Numbered from the whole stretch's first letter, positions 1 through 9,207 are shown. The stretch: DNA of 61,796 nt, filler included, from Candidatus Woesearchaeota archaeon (GCA_002685855.1; 6 parts of 6 records of this genome joined end to end with filler, not necessarily neighbours in it), one strand, 5' to 3'. Notes: generated by a model not told the origin, from the sequence alone. Numbers and translations are program-made.

Positions 1-270
1 GGGATTAGTGCGTTGGGTACAGGGATTTATCTTGAGCAGGGAGTAAGTCCTTTGTTTATTGTTGTTGCAGCTTTTCTAATTATAATATTCAGAGATGCTG
101 TTGGTGTACGGAAGTCTGCGGGCGAGCATGGAGAAGCATTGAATAAGATTGTGAATAAGCTCAATCTGAAGATTTCTCATCTGGATGAGGTGGTTGGTCA
201 TACGTTTGTTGAGGCTTCTGGCGGGTTGTTGATTGGGATTGGGCTTGCGTTGATTGTGTATGCTTTGTAG
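1..270 (+). CDS. Divergent PAP2 family (DUF212-like) membrane protein, 5' partial
   Basis: Motifs IIFRDAVGVR..AGEH and EVVGHT..E...G; gene begins before the window. Confidence 0.75.
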   Translation, partial: GISALGTGIYLEQGVSPLFIVVAAFLIIIFRDAVGVRKSAGEHGEALNKIVNKLNLKISHLDEVVGHTFVEASGGLLIGIGLALIVYAL

Positions 271-330
271 AATGAATTAAGGGGCTTTGGCGTTATATCG
301 AGACAATGTCATAAAGGGGCAGAATTAGGA

Positions 331-629
331 TTATGAAAATCTTAGATTAAGATATTTCTTTAGAGCTTTTTTACTATGCTTGTAAACAATATCATGATGT
401 TCATAATCAACAAAATAAACTGTTCCATCCTCACCAAAAAATAAAATTACATAAGAATTATTAATATGAACTCGCTTAAATCTTTTTAGAGACTTTGTTA
501 GATTTTTATAATGATCTAGATCTTCGGATAAAAGAATTTCATCCACTTTATTCCAAATATTCTGAAGCTCTCGGCCTTGAGTTTTTTAGGCTGCTTTCTA
601 AAAAGATGACTATACTTTCTTTTTCTCAC
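331..629 (-). pseudogene. RelE/ParE-like addiction module toxin with a 1-nt frameshift near 580-590
   Basis: GTG at 629 overlaps the antitoxin stop (GTGA). Reads MRKRKYSHLFRKQPKKL, then shifts to QGRELQNIWNKVDEIL..HYKNL..KRVHINNSYVILF..DYEHHD. Span is 299 nt, one short of in-frame. Confidence 0.65.
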
Positions 630-877
630 TTTAACTTAGCTCTTTTTCTCATTTCTTTTTCGAATTCTTTTGATTCACACTCAGATAGAAAAGTATTTGC
701 TTCTTTACTGTGTAATCTTTTTAGATATTCTTCTCTAACTTCATATTCGTCATAAATTTTCTCTCTAGCAGCTTCTCTAAAGAACTCTTGAACGTTCAAA
801 TAGCCATGAGCTTGAGCATAATCTTTTGCTTGTTGTAAAAAATCTTCAGGCATCCTCAAATTTATTTGTATTGTCAT
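626..877 (-). CDS. Ribbon-helix-helix (CopG-like) antitoxin
   Basis: N-terminal IQINLRMPEDF...GYLNVQEFFREAARE RHH pattern, directly upstream of the toxin. Confidence 0.7.
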   Translation of the reverse strand: MTIQINLRMPEDFLQQAKDYAQAHGYLNVQEFFREAAREKIYDEYEVREEYLKRLHSKEANTFLSECESKEFEKEMRKRAKLK

Positions 878-878
878 G

Positions 879-902
879 ATATCAGATAATATTATCTGAT
901 AT
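879..902. promoter_or_regulatory. Perfect 24-bp palindrome, probable operator of the TA operon
   Basis: ATATCAGATAAT|ATTATCTGATAT lies between a TATA-like TTTTAAAT (minus strand, ~901-908) and the antitoxin start. Confidence 0.7.
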
Positions 903-915
903 TTAAAACTATCGT

Positions 916-1809
916 TTATTCTTTGTTTTCGTAAAAGGTTCCGTCTTCAAGGTATCCTGATGCAATGGTTCTTCCTTTCTCTTTGAGGCCGTCGAGGGTT
1001 CGCTGGTAATAGGTAGTGGAGATGGCTGCTGCAAGGGTGACTGCTCCGTCGAGGCAGGCGGGGCCTGTTCCGTAGTTGTCGATGACAAAATCGGGAATTT
1101 CGTCTGGGGGAAGGATGACGAAGTGAGGTCCCCAGCGTTCTAAGGCTTTTTCTGCTATTTCAGACAGGGATAGATTGGTTTGGATGGAGTAGGTGAACAT
1201 TCCGCTGAAGTCAGGTGAGCCGCAGCTGTGTAATGAGGTGGGGGAGATATCTTCGATGTGGTTGTGTGTGATTCCGAGTTCTCGTTCGAGTTTTTCTGTG
1301 AGTGCAGAATCGAAGTTTAGTGTTCTGTTTGTGTTTTGGCAGAGTCCTGCGACTGATGCGTCGTAAACGTTTGGGACGTGGTCTGCATCTTTGTGTCTTC
1401 TGTGGACGATGGTGTAGCCTTCTTTGCTCCACACGGTTGCTCCGACAGAGGATACTTTCATCCTGTTTCTTTTTTCGGGCGGGAGTGCTTCGGGGTTTCT
1501 TGAGACAAAGAGATACTCTTTGAACTGGGTTTGGTTGTAGGTTATGCTGTCTGTTGTGTCGAAGAGTGTTCCGAGGCCGTTGGGTTTTGAGAAGGGAGGG
1601 TTTTTTCCTGCTTGTCGGGCTTGTTCTTTGATCTGGTTCCAGAATTCTCCTATTTGTTGGCGTTCTTCTTCGGTGAGGGCGTCTGTGAAGAGTGTGTTTT
1701 CTATCTGGATATCTGTGGTTAGGGTTCTGGGAACAGAGAGTTTATAGTGTACTCCTTTGACAATTGATGGTTTGGTAGGGGGTCTCCAGTAGATTTCTAT
1801 GTCGTTCAT
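916..1809 (-). CDS. Hypothetical protein with a divergent Nudix-like domain
   Basis: SVGATV...IVHRR...YDASVAG...EKLERELGI resembles a degenerate Nudix box. Confidence 0.5.
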   Translation of the reverse strand: MNDIEIYWRPPTKPSIVKGVHYKLSVPRTLTTDIQIENTLFTDALTEEERQQIGEFWNQIKEQARQAGKNPPFSKPNGLGTLFDTTDSITYNQTQFKEYLFVSRNPEALPPEKRNRMKVSSVGATVWSKEGYTIVHRRHKDADHVPNVYDASVAGLCQNTNRTLNFDSALTEKLERELGITHNHIEDISPTSLHSCGSPDFSGMFTYSIQTNLSLSEIAEKALERWGPHFVILPPDEIPDFVIDNYGTGPACLDGAVTLAAAISTTYYQRTLDGLKEKGRTIASGYLEDGTFYENKE

Positions 1810-2028
1810 GGTGAGAGGGAATTGTTATGGTTTTATATAGATTTCTCATATGTGACTTGTTCTTGAAAATGAGATATACTCTTCAAGGCCACCCTGTTCA
1901 ATTATCAATAATGAAGCATTTATCAGTGGACACACTAGCCAAGTTCTGCCCTCCAATTTATATGTTCATTCCGATCTCTGATAATTACGCCCTGTTATTA
2001 ACATAAAGAAAACTTAGGGGTGTTTATC

Positions 2029-2793
2029 ATGAGATTAAATTCATCAACAGTTGAAATGAGCCCTCGAGACTTAGGCAGAAAAATAACTCTCCCGAAAAAA
2101 TTAACAGAACAATTATCCGAACTTATTGGGATTATTCTTGGTGACGGACATCTTGGACTCTACCCTGGGATAACTAAGAAAGGACATAGATTTGTCAGAT
2201 CCAACATCGTTGTGTCTGGTCATAGTAAAGAAATAAAGTATCTTAAATATGTAATGGAACTATTCAAAAAATTGTTTAACTTGGAAATGGTTCATAGAAA
2301 AGACCACGGAGAAAATGCTGTCATTCTTAAGGCACATTCAAAAGGTATTTTACAATTCCTTAATAAGGTTTGTGAAGTTCCAATAAATGACAAGTCAGGT
2401 ATTATTACTATTCCAAGCATAATAAAAAAGTCTACTTCAAAAAATAAATTTTCCTTTTTGAGAGGGCTTTGTGATACTGATTTCTCTATTTGCTTCAAAA
2501 AGAAAACTAAAAAAGGCCACACATACCCCGTTATTAAAGCTGCATTCAAAAGTAAAAAGCTGGTTGAAGATCTAGAGAAGCTTTATTCAGAATTAGGATT
2601 CAAATATTGCGTCTTGTATAATGAGCGGAGATATGATAAACGATATAGAGAATGTAAATACATAAACACCATATATTTGAATGGAAAAAATAATTTGTTG
2701 AAATGGATAGACAGGGTGGGCTTCTCAAATTCAAAATTTAAAAAAAAAGTGGGAAAATGGCAAAAGGAGGGTTTTTGTCCTCCAGGTTATTAA
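2029..2793 (+). CDS. Free-standing two-motif LAGLIDADG homing endonuclease
   Basis: LSELIGIILGDG and FLRGLCDTD motifs; Lys-rich, AT-rich; no intein splicing ends. Confidence 0.85.
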   Translation: MRLNSSTVEMSPRDLGRKITLPKKLTEQLSELIGIILGDGHLGLYPGITKKGHRFVRSNIVVSGHSKEIKYLKYVMELFKKLFNLEMVHRKDHGENAVILKAHSKGILQFLNKVCEVPINDKSGIITIPSIIKKSTSKNKFSFLRGLCDTDFSICFKKKTKKGHTYPVIKAAFKSKKLVEDLEKLYSELGFKYCVLYNERRYDKRYRECKYINTIYLNGKNNLLKWIDRVGFSNSKFKKKVGKWQKEGFCPPGY

Positions 2794-2798
2794 AAAGA

Positions 2799-2871
2799 AG
2801 CCTCCGCCGGTATTCGAAACCGGGATCTCCTGATTACAAGTCAGGTGCATTAGCCACTATGCTACGGAGGC
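2799..2871 (-). tRNA. tRNA-Thr (anticodon TGT), intronless, CCA not encoded
   Basis: Reverse complement folds: acceptor GCCTCCG/CGGAGGC, anticodon arm CCTGA-CTTGTAA-TCAGG, T arm CCGGT-TTCGAAT-ACCGG. Confidence 0.95.
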
Positions 2872-3124
2872 ACAGCTACCGAAGCGATCAAAAATTACTT
2901 AGAATTTTTGAGTATGCTACGGGCCGTATAAAGTTGGGGTTTTCAGCTATTTAAAAAGCTTACTCTGATCTCGAAAGTGTTTAAGAGGCCTCTCAGCGCT
3001 ATAAAATAAACGATTATACATAAAGAAGGCTTCTTGAGCAATGTTGATTTTATCAGGATTTGTTTCCGATCTCTCCGGATGAACTTATTTCTGTTTCCTA
3101 TTGTAATCTTATGGCGGAGAGACG

Positions 3125-3658
3125 TTAGGGTTTTATCCGTGCATGTTGGTCTTCGGCTTCGAAGAGGTCGTAGGGGGTGTAGACCTTTACTTTGACAAAG
3201 CCGATTCTTCCGTCGTCTGAGTAGGTGTTTATTTTGTCGTAGGGGACGGTTATTCCGTAGTTTGTTCCGGGAAGGGCTGCTTTCCAGGTGTTTATTTTGT
3301 GTGTTCCTTCATAGACAGAACGGTGTTCTCCCCAGTCGTTGTTCTGGTCGTAGAGGCCGGTCCAGATTTCTACATCTACATTGAGTTCTCGGTCTTCGAA
3401 TTTTATTTGTTGTCCTTTGTTGTCGAGGAGTTGGGGATAGATACGTATTCCGTCTGGTTCGGGGTCCTGGTCCCAGCTTTGCGGGACTGTTTTGAGTCTA
3501 ACTTTGTCGATGTCTTCGATGGGATCGTGTTCTCGTTCTTCGAGGACGTGGGTTGTCGTGGTGGGTTCGGGTTGTGGTTTTTCCTGTTCCTGTGGTTCTG
3601 CACATGCAGCAAGCAGAATGATTGTCAGAACGAGCATTCCTCTGTAGATATGTTTCAT
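3125..3658 (-). CDS. Putative lipoprotein, hypothetical
   Basis: AGGAGGT SD before ATG 3658; hydrophobic stretch ending LAAC (lipobox). Confidence 0.7.
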   Translation of the reverse strand: MKHIYRGMLVLTIILLAACAEPQEQEKPQPEPTTTTHVLEEREHDPIEDIDKVRLKTVPQSWDQDPEPDGIRIYPQLLDNKGQQIKFEDRELNVDVEIWTGLYDQNNDWGEHRSVYEGTHKINTWKAALPGTNYGITVPYDKINTYSDDGRIGFVKVKVYTPYDLFEAEDQHARIKP

Positions 3659-3721
3659 TGTGTACCTCCTTACAAGCCCGTTTGGAATAGAAACAGAGTT
3701 GTTTTTAAAGATTTTGGTAAC

Positions 3722-3788
3722 GTTTGATTTATTAGCCATACTTTATCGAAGATAAAGTTAGGAATGACTTAATGACTATATTGAAATT
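3722..3788 (-). repeat. Dispersed ~65-bp hairpin-containing repeat, copy 1
   Basis: Core CCATACTTT-N9-AAAGTTAGGAATGACTTAATGACTATAT matches the reverse complement of 20660-20726. Confidence 0.8.
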
Positions 3789-3862
3789 AATAGTATTCGT
3801 TGACTACTTTCAAGTGGTATTAAAAAGAAAGATTTATATAGTGAGAGGACTCAATAAAGTAT

Positions 3863-5551
3863 ATGAGCCTGGACGAATGCCTGTTGGATGCTGTAGAGGA
3901 GAAACGAGAGATTATTGTTGCAGACAGTGCTGGGTTCGGAGAGAGATTTGAGGAGATGATGAGAGAGGGGTTGTCACTTGCCTTTGGGGGGAAGGTCAGA
4001 TTTCGTGTTGTTGATCCTGCTGATCTTGTTGAGACAGCGCGCGAGGCAAAAAACCCATATGTTCTTCTGGGAGTGAGCGATAGAAGGTTTATTGATTTAC
4101 GGAGTCTGACCGAACAGGCCACATACTGCAGGAAAATTCGGGAAGCTGTTCCGGATGCAGAGGTTGTTATTGGTCTGCCTAACATCGAGTTAGATATGCA
4201 TTATTCAAATCCTGTTCTAGAAGCACTTAAACGTGTTCTTTCAGTAACAGGTTTACAGGGAATCAGTCCCCATATCCAGGGTCTTGGTAGTTGTTCAAGT
4301 TTAGAAAGATATCTTTATAGTAAAATTAAAAATTACACGCATGGATTGGGTGCGCGAAGGGATGCACGTTTTCTTGATCGGCTTTCTTCTAGTTTTCTTG
4401 ATGGAAGGCAGTCAACATGCGAGAAAAGTTTCCTTGTTGTGAGTGACCGGATGGATAACAAAGAGGGCAGGCTGACGGTTGTTAGGCAGGATCGCGATAT
4501 TAGTAGTTTAGATCTTTCAGGGTATGCTGCAATTATTATTGATAACAACTATCAGGGAGATGCGGGAAATTTAGGTACGGGCGTTCGTGTATTGCGGGGT
4601 TTGTCTGAGAGAGGAGTTGATGTTCCAATTATTTATCAGACTGCTCATTCCTTTGATGTTTTGTCTAAAGAGGAAATTCGTTTTATTGAATCGTTTCCGC
4701 ATACTGTTCTTCTTCCGAAGGGGATGGCCTTTAAGGTTTGTATGGGTCGTGATGTTGCAGAGAAGGAGTTGGCTGTTGGAAGCATGGTTAGTGGTAGTGA
4801 TGCTCTGGTACGGTATACTGCGTCGATGGTGGAGATCGGGAATGAAGGATATCTTCAGAAGGATGATGTGTTTATTCTTGCTTCGCGTACTGCGCATGAG
4901 AGGGAGGAAGATGATGTCTATAAGCCGGGAGTGTTTGATCGATGTGGAGTTGATGATACGCTTTTGAATCATAGGATGTATGTGCTTTCCTTGTTTCATG
5001 GTTTGTTGAAGGATCGAATTGGTGAAGCGAGTGTGCAGCGTACGAGTAGGGATTTTTATTCGTTTGATGAACTGGTTGATGAATTAGGAAAGGGCAAGGG
5101 AGTATGTCAGAGACTGGAGGTTCTTCGTGATAGGTACGAGGCTATTCTTGTTTATCATCGTGAGTTAGAAGAAACGGTGCTTTCGCATAATGATGCGAAA
5201 TGGGATAACTGGTTTCATGGAAGGGTTCTTGGTGATTTTGGGAGTGTGGAACCGGGAAGAGAGTATAAGGATATTGCAAAGGCGTTGCTTGATCCTGCGG
5301 AGGGGTTTTCTCGTACATTGGATAGGGAGCGTACGGATGCTGCTATTCATGGGTATGTTCTGCTTCGTAAGGAGATTGATCCTGAGTTTGATGAGGATGA
5401 AGAGCTCTTTAAGGAGCGCGTCTATGAGATGTTGGTTACCGAGAGTTTGCGTACTGCTTTTTATCGTGCTGAAAAAAGTGATGTTGTTGATTCTCTGCTT
5501 TGTGTTGCTGAGACCTATACCCGAAGAGAGTTAGTTGCCACTGTAGTTTAG
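3863..5551 (+). CDS. Receiver (REC)-like domain fused to a C-terminal APH/choline-kinase-like phosphotransferase
   Basis: YAAIIIDNN..G.GVRVL....VPIIYQTA...LLPK (REC); SHNDAKWDN and DFG (kinase catalytic and Mg-binding loops). Confidence 0.65.
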   Translation: MSLDECLLDAVEEKREIIVADSAGFGERFEEMMREGLSLAFGGKVRFRVVDPADLVETAREAKNPYVLLGVSDRRFIDLRSLTEQATYCRKIREAVPDAEVVIGLPNIELDMHYSNPVLEALKRVLSVTGLQGISPHIQGLGSCSSLERYLYSKIKNYTHGLGARRDARFLDRLSSSFLDGRQSTCEKSFLVVSDRMDNKEGRLTVVRQDRDISSLDLSGYAAIIIDNNYQGDAGNLGTGVRVLRGLSERGVDVPIIYQTAHSFDVLSKEEIRFIESFPHTVLLPKGMAFKVCMGRDVAEKELAVGSMVSGSDALVRYTASMVEIGNEGYLQKDDVFILASRTAHEREEDDVYKPGVFDRCGVDDTLLNHRMYVLSLFHGLLKDRIGEASVQRTSRDFYSFDELVDELGKGKGVCQRLEVLRDRYEAILVYHRELEETVLSHNDAKWDNWFHGRVLGDFGSVEPGREYKDIAKALLDPAEGFSRTLDRERTDAAIHGYVLLRKEIDPEFDEDEELFKERVYEMLVTESLRTAFYRAEKSDVVDSLLCVAETYTRRELVATVV

Positions 5552-6463
5552 GAGGAAGAAGAGGTTTGTTGTTGCGACGTGGGTGAGTCGTATGCTTTCT
5601 GCGATGTGATAGATGATGACGCTGTCTATGGATGTTGTTTTTTCAAGGAGGGGGTAGATCTTTGTTTTGAAGAGATTGTCGCGAATAAATTCCACTTTGT
5701 CTGCGAGGTCGATCTCCTTTTTGTAGAATGCTGAGCTGAAGATGGCGAAGAGTTCGATTGATTTTTTGTAGAGTTCGAGAATTTCTTTTTTGGGTGTGTA
5801 TTTTTTTTGTTTTTCTGCATAGAGGTGGAGGTAGTAGTGTGCGTGGGCGATGAGCGAGAGTTTGGACACAAGGTTCATGAGGGCGTAGGAGTTTTTTCTT
5901 CCTCCGATTCTGTTTTTTATGATGACTCTTCTGCAGAAGTTGGTGTAGTTGTCGATCATCTGTTTTGTTTCTTCTCTTTTTTCGGTGTTGAATTTTTTTG
6001 TTGTGAGGTCGTTAAGGATTTCTGTTGTTTCCTGCTGGATGCTGAAGAATATTTTTCTGAGGATGACGTCGAATTTTTCTGCAGAGGGTTCTGCGATGTT
6101 TTGTATGATGCAGACATCTTTCTGGATTTCAACAAGTTCAAAGCCGAGAAGGGTTTGGTGGACGATCTCTTTTATTGCTTCTATCTGGGAAGGGTTTGTG
6201 TAGCCGAGAAGTATTCTGTCGTATCCTTTTCTGTAGTTCTGGTTTAGGATGTTTAGAATGGTTCTTTTTGCATAGGATTTTATGTCGATGTTGATGCTTG
6301 TTTCGGGCGGCTTGAAGTCGTGGGCGAGTTCGATGACGATCTGTCTGTCTTCGTGTTTGAGAAAGACGTCGTTGCCTTCTTTGAGGCCTTCTTCCCGGAT
6401 CCAGTGTATAGGCAGGGTGAGTGTGTAGGAGTTGTTGCCCTGTTTGATGATCTTTCGTTTCAC
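5531..6463 (-). CDS. AbrB-domain phosphate uptake regulator (archaeal PhoU-like)
   Basis: MKRKIIKQGNNSYTLTLP.WI AbrB N-terminus; YRKGYD, LLGFE and helical PhoU-like repeats. Confidence 0.8.
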   Translation of the reverse strand: MKRKIIKQGNNSYTLTLPIHWIREEGLKEGNDVFLKHEDRQIVIELAHDFKPPETSINIDIKSYAKRTILNILNQNYRKGYDRILLGYTNPSQIEAIKEIVHQTLLGFELVEIQKDVCIIQNIAEPSAEKFDVILRKIFFSIQQETTEILNDLTTKKFNTEKREETKQMIDNYTNFCRRVIIKNRIGGRKNSYALMNLVSKLSLIAHAHYYLHLYAEKQKKYTPKKEILELYKKSIELFAIFSSAFYKKEIDLADKVEFIRDNLFKTKIYPLLEKTTSIDSVIIYHIAESIRLTHVATTNLFFLLNYSGN

Positions 6464-6490
6464 GGGAGAGGAAAGGCAGGGTTCTATTTA

Positions 6491-6530
6491 AATATTGCTA
6501 TTTTTAGGCAATATTCATATTAGGAATATG
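6491..6530. promoter_or_regulatory. Inverted repeats in a divergent promoter region
   Basis: AATATTGC-N9-GCAATATT and CATATT-AGG-AATATG between the PhoU-like gene and the 6612 operon. Confidence 0.4.
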
Positions 6531-6611
6531 TTTTATAGCGAATAACTATTTATTCTGTTTCTTACTTCTTAATAGTAAATAGCCAGAAAGGCTGTTTGGA
6601 AAGAAAAAAAA

Positions 6612-7175
6612 ATGACGGCAAGTACCGAAGAAGTACGTGATCTGGAGATCGTTCGGATCGGGATTTTAACCCCCTATCTGTTTGATGATGTGAGAGATCG
6701 CTGTGATGAAGAGTATATTAAGGACCAAGAGGAGCGGTATGGGTATGATCGGGATAATCTGATTCAGGTTCCCCAGATGATAACGAGCAGGCACAGAGTC
6801 CTGATCGAGACACCTGATAATTGTGCAGGACCTTCTGGGTTTCCACAATTAGTGATACATGGGTCTACACGGCCTGCAGAAGAAAGGGTTGAGAGCATAA
6901 AGGGATCAGGCATTGTTGTTGCCAGATACAGCATCTTCTATGGTGGACCAAGCCATTATTCTGGAAGCTATCCTGAAGATGCAGGGTATGCGTTGGATAT
7001 CCCAAAGAGTCCGGATCTTGTGCGTAGTTTACTGACGCATGAAGGTTTCCTGGATGGGCTTGTTTCACGCGAAGAAGGAAAGATACGGTCTGCGCTTGAA
7101 GAGTTTGGAAGCGGTCTGGAAGAGCCTGTGCTTGTAACGCCCTACTTAACTGAGGCTTTGGCGGTTCAGAGGTGA
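6612..7175 (+). CDS. Hypothetical protein
   Basis: 187-aa ORF; stop overlaps the next start (GTGA). Confidence 0.6.
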   Translation: MTASTEEVRDLEIVRIGILTPYLFDDVRDRCDEEYIKDQEERYGYDRDNLIQVPQMITSRHRVLIETPDNCAGPSGFPQLVIHGSTRPAEERVESIKGSGIVVARYSIFYGGPSHYSGSYPEDAGYALDIPKSPDLVRSLLTHEGFLDGLVSREEGKIRSALEEFGSGLEEPVLVTPYLTEALAVQR

Positions 7176-7744
7176 TAAGGATGGAAGACGAATGTCCAAT
7201 GGAGCGTTTTTTGCGTGCAATGAACAGCCCTACCGGCTTTATGAAGCCGGGAGAGAAGTTTAGCACCGCATCTGCACGGCTTAGAGCTAAAGGAGGTCTT
7301 CGGGCCTTTTTTGCTCCTGGTGTCGGATTTGAAGATTTCAATGAAGGAGTTTTTTGTAAGTATCTCCTTGTTGTTGAGCCTGATAGTGGTTTGAGAAGGG
7401 AGATTCTCTCCTCATTTGAGGAGTCTGTCTTTGACTGTTATGGTGCAGGAACGTTCGAGGATGCAAAGAGGGTTCTCGATGTAGACAGAAAACTGGACTA
7501 CCTTGTTGTTGCAGACAGGTTTCCTCAAAGTAGAGGAGGAGTGCCTGAGGCTTTAGCTGACAGGTTGGTTGTACATGCACGCGAGCATTCACCGATTGAA
7601 CGTCCAAACCTTCGCTGTTTTGGCTTTGTGGAGTCCGAGTCAGGTTTGAGTGTGCCTTATCGAGGAATTATTCGAAAAGGTGAGTCAGGTGTTCGTGATC
7701 TCTATGATATGTTGATTGCGGATTCAGAAGGTGGTGCAGATTAA
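7172..7744 (+). CDS. Hypothetical protein with a degenerate C-terminal receiver-like domain
   Basis: LLVVEPDSGLRREI...CYGAGTFEDAKRVL...LDYLVVAD..P resembles REC beta1-beta3. Confidence 0.55.
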   Translation: MIRMEDECPMERFLRAMNSPTGFMKPGEKFSTASARLRAKGGLRAFFAPGVGFEDFNEGVFCKYLLVVEPDSGLRREILSSFEESVFDCYGAGTFEDAKRVLDVDRKLDYLVVADRFPQSRGGVPEALADRLVVHAREHSPIERPNLRCFGFVESESGLSVPYRGIIRKGESGVRDLYDMLIADSEGGAD

Positions 7745-7768
7745 TACATTTGAACAGGAGGAAAAAAA

Positions 7769-7931
7769 ATGACGGAAAAATTAGAACGAATATTGATCAT
7801 CAATGATGATACTGAGGATGTTCTGGCAATAAAGGCCAGACTGCCGGAAGAGATTGAGATAGAAGCAGCAAGCCAGATCGGGGCCAGAATGATGGAACAT
7901 ATCTTTGGCTATGATCTGGTTATATTGGATA
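7769..7931 (+). CDS. Response regulator receiver domain protein, 3' truncated by contig end
   Basis: RILIINDD...YDLVILD; AGGAGG SD upstream. Confidence 0.7.
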
Positions 7932-8031
7932 NNNNNNNNNNNNNNNNNNNNNNNNNNNNNNNNNNNNNNNNNNNNTTAATTAATTAANNNNNNNNNNNNN
8001 NNNNNNNNNNNNNNNNNNNNNNNNNNNNNNN
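7932..8031. other. Artificial contig spacer
   Basis: N44 + TTAATTAATTAA (stops in all six frames) + N44. Confidence 0.97.
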
Positions 8032-8460
8032 AAGACCGTGCATCGCCCCCACAACAAAAGAGCCATGATAATGGTGATGCTGTTCAGAATGCGCATGAGA
8101 ATGAAGATGCAGATGTTCAACTCCGTCATGCCTATGCCTGTGAAGGTGAATCTTTTCCTGAATAATTACCCGAAGCCCCAATACAACTAACATTACACCC
8201 ACACCCATCTCAAACAGATACATAAATGTATCTGGAATACTAATGCGGAAGAGAAGAAGAATAATGCCTGCAAGGATAAGAATACTACTATGCCCTAACC
8301 CCCAGAAGAAGCCTAGTAAAGAAGACCTCTTCAAACTTCCTGCTCGCCCGATAAATGTAGATACTGCTGCAAGATGGTCTGCCTCGATTGCATGAGCAAA
8401 TCCTAACAACATTCCTGCTCCTGCTAAAGATAAGAGCGATACAAGAACAACGTGATCCAT
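8032..8460 (-). CDS. Nickel/cobalt transporter (NiCoT/UreH-like), 3' truncated
   Basis: HAIEADHLAAV, WGLGHS, His-rich loop HLHRHRHDG..HLHLHSH, GAMHGL. Confidence 0.8.
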
Positions 8461-8541
8461 GCCTCTGGAAGGCCTGAACTCTTTATAAACCTCTGCTTTA
8501 ACAAAAGCAAACTTTATAGGACGCGATTGAATCCGCTCTCT

Positions 8542-9171
8542 ATGGAAACTCTCCTTAACCAAACACATATCCATCCAAGAGAGATCGCAAAAAAATTGTA
8601 CAACCCAAAAGATGTTGGCGTTCTTGTTCTTCCTTATGCACTGCCTAAATCCACAAGAGGTCAACTCATTCTGGAATACGTAGATCACCCCTTTATCTAT
8701 TCAGAAAACAATGAAGAGGAACACTTTGACGATTGTTCTACCTTTGTCCCAAAACTCAAACACAAACCCGTTGAACCACTATCACTGGAACAATCGCTTC
8801 CAATAACCTATCAACTCCATCAAGAACTGCAACAACTCTACTCAGAGATAACCCGTCATGCAAAGCTTTCCTCAGGAAATCTCAATTCAATCATTATTCA
8901 GAACTTCAAAAAAGGATCAAAAGGACTCTCAAATCGCACAGAACCCTCTGACACTTCGAATATGGCAATTGCAGGAGTACTTTCTGGTCAGGCATTCTTC
9001 TATGCCAATAGCCCTACCTGTTTTTCAATCTACAAAGCACCCGTCGGCTCACTTATCCTTGTCCGCGCACAGATACCTGCTAATCAAGAACTTCTTCCTA
9101 CCTATGCCCTTGGTAGAGTAGATGAAGAACGCACTCTGCTCTGGATGAGAGAAAAAACACAGGAAAACTAG
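8542..9171 (+). CDS. Hypothetical protein, possible degenerate 2OG-Fe(II) oxygenase (AlkB-like) fold
   Basis: NSIIIQNF..GS.G, IAGVLSGQA.F, GSLILVR and terminal R...R, but no HxD...H. Confidence 0.45.
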   Translation: METLLNQTHIHPREIAKKLYNPKDVGVLVLPYALPKSTRGQLILEYVDHPFIYSENNEEEHFDDCSTFVPKLKHKPVEPLSLEQSLPITYQLHQELQQLYSEITRHAKLSSGNLNSIIIQNFKKGSKGLSNRTEPSDTSNMAIAGVLSGQAFFYANSPTCFSIYKAPVGSLILVRAQIPANQELLPTYALGRVDEERTLLWMREKTQEN

Positions 9172-9207
9172 AAACCTTTTTATTATCTGACCTCAAAAAA
9201 GGAATCA

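Noticed and set aside
2029..2793. LAGLIDADG as an intein or tRNA-intron-encoded ORF
   Set aside because: No host exteins or Cys/His-Asn splice ends, and the adjacent tRNA is complete
2757..2954. 65-aa ORF after the LAGLIDADG gene
   Set aside because: Overlaps tRNA-Thr on the opposite strand; spurious
7932..8031. Repeated TTAATTAATTAA inside N runs (also 21264, 34222, 45563, 54509)
   Set aside because: Artificial six-frame-stop contig linker. ORF ends reading X..LIN are artefacts, and synteny across the linkers is meaningless
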